Assembly (NCBI GenBank): GCA_963796105.1
Contig: CAWCKJ010000013.1
Coordinates: forward strand, 27,882-91,881
Reading direction: 5' to 3'
DNA: 64,000 bases
Source: a candidate division FCPU426 bacterium
GTDB taxonomy: Bacteria > Oederibacteriota > Muellerivitia > Muellerivitales > Muellerivitaceae
Of this stretch, positions 62,001 to 64,000 are shown piece by piece (position 1 is the stretch's first letter; each line of letters starts with the position of its first letter). The position numbers and the translations under genes are program-made. The notes under the pieces are model-generated. The model saw only the letters and a list, made by a program, of their open reading frames with translations, ran no database searches and was not told the DNA's origin.

Positions 62001-64000
62001 CACGCCGACTGCGACGAATACGCCGCCGGACACGAATACGCCGACGCCTACTTTCACTTGGACAGATACTTATACACAGACGGCGACATTCAGCCCGACC
62101 TCGACGAGAACGGCGACGAATACCTATACGGCGACGAACACCCAGACGCAGACAAATACGTACACTTCCACAAACACGCCGACAGCGACGAAGACGGGGA
62201 CGATGAGCCCAACACCCACAGACACATGGACGCCGACAAACACGAAGACACAGACGAATACGTGGACGCCGACGAACACATATACCCCGACGAATACAAG
62301 GACTCAGACGAACACCTATACGCCGAGCAACACACCGAGCGCGACGAACAGCCCGACTTGGACCATGACGAGGACGTCAACGCCTACGCCGACGAACAGC
62401 TATACACCGACTTCAACGAAGACGCCGCTGCCCACGGCGACAAACACCTGTACCTGGACGCCGACTTCTAGTCCGACAGCGACAGTGACGCCAGTACCGA
62501 CGGCAACGCCGCTGCCTGGGTGCGGGGGATGCAGTGTTTCAACGGACCAGTCGGCCAGCTGGGCGGTAGGTCAGGCGTCATTGACGCAAAGCAGCGCGAC
62601 AACGATAAGCGCGAGCTCATTGCACTCGCCGGAGGGAGTGTTCCAGGCTGGGAACGTGATGGTAGTGGCGGATACGGGGAGTCACCGGATCCTGGTATAT
62701 AGTCCTGTGCCCAACGCCATACAACCCAGCGCGGTGCAGGTGATCGGCCAGTCGGCATTTACGGGAAGTGTGGCGAACCAGGGAACGGCGGCAAATTCGA
62801 ACACATTGAATACACCGATGGGGATATGGACTGATGGGACAAGAGTGATAGTGGCGGACCAAGGGAACAACCGTGTATTGATCTACAACAATATAAGTAC
62901 TTTAGGGGCGACGAACGGGTCAGCGGACGTGGTGATCGGGCAGGCGGACATGGTGAGCAACAAGCCGAACCAAGGGGTGACGCTGACGCCCGGGGCGAAT
63001 ACGTTATACGCGCCGACAGGGGTATTTTATGACGGGACAAGGCTGTTTATAGATGACTTGGATAACAACCGGATACTGGTGTACAACACACTGCCGACGG
63101 TGAATGGAGCGAGCGCGGATGAAGTGATAGGGCAAGGGACATTCACGAGTTACAAGGCTAACAGCGGAATGAGCGGGGTAACGTCGCAAGAATTGTCGGG
63201 GCCGAAGGGATTGTGGGTGGACAGCGGGAACCTATATGTGGCGGATACGGGAAACCACCGGGTGTTGATTTACAATAATGGGGGAAGCGGGATAGACAGT
63301 ATAAGCGGGAACAACCCGGCGGCGGACGCGGTAGTGGGACAAAAAAGCTTCACGACGAACGCGAATGGGTGTTCGGCGACGCAGTTGAACGGTCCGATGG
63401 GAGTATGCGCGGTGAATTGCCAGATGTATATCGCGGATACGGGAAGCGAGCGGGTATTGGTTTACAACCAGATCCCGACCGGCACGGCGAATCCGCCGGC
63501 GGCGGTGGTATTGGGACAGCCGAATATGACGAGTTATTCATCGTCGACAGTAGTGAAGGCGAATAGTTTTATCAATCCATTCGGGATCCAGGCGGTGGGA
63601 GGGGTATTGTATGTGACGGACCAGAATGAAAACAGGTTGTTGGCGTTCCAATGCGCGGCGGGGACAGGGGCGTCGTTGAGTGTGAGTGGAGTGGTGATGA
63701 ATGGGCCGACACCGACGGGGGTGTCAGGGGCGGTGATGAAGAATGTGGTGGCTGGGCCGAATATTTCCCGAGGCGGGGAGGCGGTAGCTATCCAATACAC
63801 GCTCAGCCAGGCGGCGAGGGTGACCTTGAGGATCTACACGATGACGGGGGAACTGGTTTACGAGAAGGGGGCGCAGGGGAGCGAGGGAGCCAACAAAATG
63901 GCATGGGATGTGAAGAACCAGGGGGGCCAGGGGGTGGCCAGCGGGCTGTATGTCTATGTGCTGGAGGCGCAGGGCGCCAACGGTACCGTCCGTAAAATAG
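56002..64000 (+). CDS. Giant secreted GH8 glycoside hydrolase + DUF11 domains + CBM3-like domain + Thr-rich stalk + NHL propeller + C-terminal sorting-like domain (3' end outside window)
   Basis: My translation from ATG 56002, frame spot-checked to the end: signal peptide, [29 protein letters not shown] (GH8), PGDTLTYTL (DUF11), FRFYN...LGNYRVDY...DDYSY (CBM3-like), [12 protein letters not shown] (NHL), GPNISRG...VASGLYVY. Confidence 0.85.
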   Translation, partial: MSFASKKHLKPYLLAGTLFSVFFLRNTSVVLAQAYGTMYGTIANINSGNPNHPFGQYLNPPCGIKSSPPGVTDSDMTVMWKQYYQLYVNSIVEYTGETVSGIPLIANFALNNGGNNHHALSESMGYSLLIAANFADKPLFDGLYMFVKTHMLKVNNQCDNLVDYMANWEISMTAPFGVNGCDTAMDGDEDIAMGLLTASKQWASTGTINYAAEAQTMIGSMLDSSPNPNTSPVSPWYHDVDLWYYPTSGDTFAISGVAGGIYADYMSPGYYRCWGNTYSGVTYSGRGVPGSAWVTVANNTVNAINTADAAVGNHGINADNMTYTGESATTAPTGFAYGGTTASAEGMRGPYRYVMDVVYNCNTGLQAFIQHTNTSLKTGGPASNANGGKAPWNVPEQWSTNGTWAAGLPGQWAMGTEAAVATGSGDQTWANETYRLASTYQLVGQWAGGTDYAPTSLIYYNNDLDILGLLINTGNFAWPCNTTEWGTPNLKISEDVSKTVGCPGDTLTYTLVYKNVGAATATGVTIRDTIPTNATYVSSNPSATNSGGILTWSATNVAPNTPATISLVMQIASSATSGQTVINTADAIPNAGHGGTTSPYFDVASPRYRMNWVDVVDCALSTTKSANKTMVNPGDTVTFTLTYKNGSHERLGRARPEVFVQFTNQGGPTTPTSASSFETGFRFYNESMEDIYLGNYRVDYFLYDISAGVNMCGSTGNNYLAQVTYDTSGGGVTVQDLPMVTGGSGSVSWNQKLVMQWNGGVTIPNMPSSLLMDRYLIQQWNGDGGQVQTYINWSRQSGNMNVADDYSYISEAATVHIKTNTTDPAGYADPNNGSGTAAVTNMLVEEWDGSTWRSVAGNAPYYGRDVLNAVLADNLNSNFTFCGFINPPCDAVTGVNGNAISWVWPRLMATESGTVTYCAIVKSSAAACQTITNLATLSDPLGVEKTATSNTVSITVACTPIPTPTPTPAEITKSANPTTVSPGGNVTYTLIYTNKNSGAATETFPGTTLSGWTTVAGTLPVTDWVPGNGNGSVTMNTWGTSGIVKSGFYGTNGTFSFTLYEPSSQPAGAILRQSGNSFYYVYINGNTYPNAATVDLLYTTNAGSSFTTLGTGSFVGPETGGTGTTGPINVMVVMSGSLINVYVSTNGGPFNLDLSVTDTSLAGPGNFGLYAQASGVIFSNVSLLADYAGNATIYDTIPANMTYVSGGTDTGGVVSFNVGNVAPGASVTETFIAQVSGSATSGTVIPNIGTMSAGDRSPESSLTANVTVSGAPVATATPTRTFTLTPTVSLTFTPTPTLTNTYTPTATPTRTNTPTPTPTNTPTPSPTRTNTPTNTNTPTPTPTATNTPTPTPTRTNTPTPTPTNTPTPSPTRTNTPTNTSTPTPTPTATNTSTPTPTRTNTPTPTNTNTPTPTPTRTNTPTPTNTNTPTPSPTATNTPTPSPTHTNTPTATNTYTPTPTPTPTSTPTPSPTRTNTPTPTPTNTATNTFTPTPTRTNTPTPTNTNTPTPTFTATNTYTPTNTPTPTPTRTNTPTPTPTNTPTPTPTRTNTPTPTATNTWTSTYTPTPTPTPTNTPTPTPTRTSTPTPTVTKTYTTTYTATNTYTGTQSPTNTPTISYTPTNTPTRTNTPTPTNTWTNTYTATNTRTPTPTATATNTATNSPTPTFSNTPTPTNTWTNTYTATNTRTNTPTPTVTNTYTATFTPTNTSTGTQSATPTYTNTPTNTKTNTPTNTATNTRTPTPTATATNTATNSPTPTFSNTPTATNTWTNTYTATNTRTSTPTNTVTNTYTATFTPTNTSTGTQSATPTYTNTPTNTKTNTPTNTATNTHTPTNSPTPSNTPTPTNTWTNTYTATNTRTPTPTPTVTNTYTATNTWTNTPTPTPSPTVTNTRTWTPTVTLTPTGTQPPTSTFTNSPTVTNTYTPTNTYTATNTRTNSPTATVTNTYTQTNTWTSTNTPTETFTWTDTYTATQSYTPTSTRTATNTYTPTNTYTATNTKTQTNTPTATNTPPDTNTPTPTFTWTDTYTQTATFSPTSTRTATNTYTATNTQTQTNTYTSTNTPTATKTGTMSPTPTDTWTPTNTKTQTNTWTPTNTYTPTNTRTQTNTYTPSNTPSATNSPTWTMTRTSTPTPTNSYTPTSTKTPLPTATNTCTWTPTSSPTATVTPVPTATPLPGCGGCSVSTDQSASWAVGQASLTQSSATTISASSLHSPEGVFQAGNVMVVADTGSHRILVYSPVPNAIQPSAVQVIGQSAFTGSVANQGTAANSNTLNTPMGIWTDGTRVIVADQGNNRVLIYNNISTLGATNGSADVVIGQADMVSNKPNQGVTLTPGANTLYAPTGVFYDGTRLFIDDLDNNRILVYNTLPTVNGASADEVIGQGTFTSYKANSGMSGVTSQELSGPKGLWVDSGNLYVADTGNHRVLIYNNGGSGIDSISGNNPAADAVVGQKSFTTNANGCSATQLNGPMGVCAVNCQMYIADTGSERVLVYNQIPTGTANPPAAVVLGQPNMTSYSSSTVVKANSFINPFGIQAVGGVLYVTDQNENRLLAFQCAAGTGASLSVSGVVMNGPTPTGVSGAVMKNVVAGPNISRGGEAVAIQYTLSQAARVTLRIYTMTGELVYEKGAQGSEGANKMAWDVKNQGGQGVASGLYVYVLEAQGANGTVRKI
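59815..62515 (+). repeat. Thr/Pro-rich low-complexity coding repeat
   Basis: T-x-T-x pattern. aggaccaata recurs at 59929, 60061 and 60193 (132-bp period). Confidence 0.88.

Overview
Bacterial chromosomal window from an unusual, probably diderm and polysaccharide-degrading lineage (the taxonomic reading is inference only). 1-36 kb: a divergent two-domain SpeD/AdoMetDC-fold gene, a 1,917-aa GH5 protein with a very long Thr-rich stalk, the rpsP-khpA-rimM-trmD-rplS-rnhB-yraN cluster, tRNA nucleotidyltransferase, trpS, scpAB, a HAMP class III cyclase, miaB and mutS. Also a 2,465-aa protein that joins an N-terminal HicB-like domain to a propeller, about 16 Ig-like repeats and a sorting-like C-terminal domain. 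36-46.5 kb: a ~10.5-kb element integrated in tRNA-Asp with a 47-bp att duplication, carrying integrase, Xis, Replic_Relax protein, T4CP, RHH, AbiE and cargo. 46.5-55.8 kb: a second, truncated element with its own T4CP + Replic_Relax pair, a TA-like pair and an SMC-like ATPase cut by an IS21 with a partial tandem copy, then an IS4 remnant. From 56,002 a >2,600-aa GH8 multidomain gene, absent from the ORF track, runs off the window end. Several single-base frameshifts suggest assembly indels. No CRISPR array or rRNA was seen.
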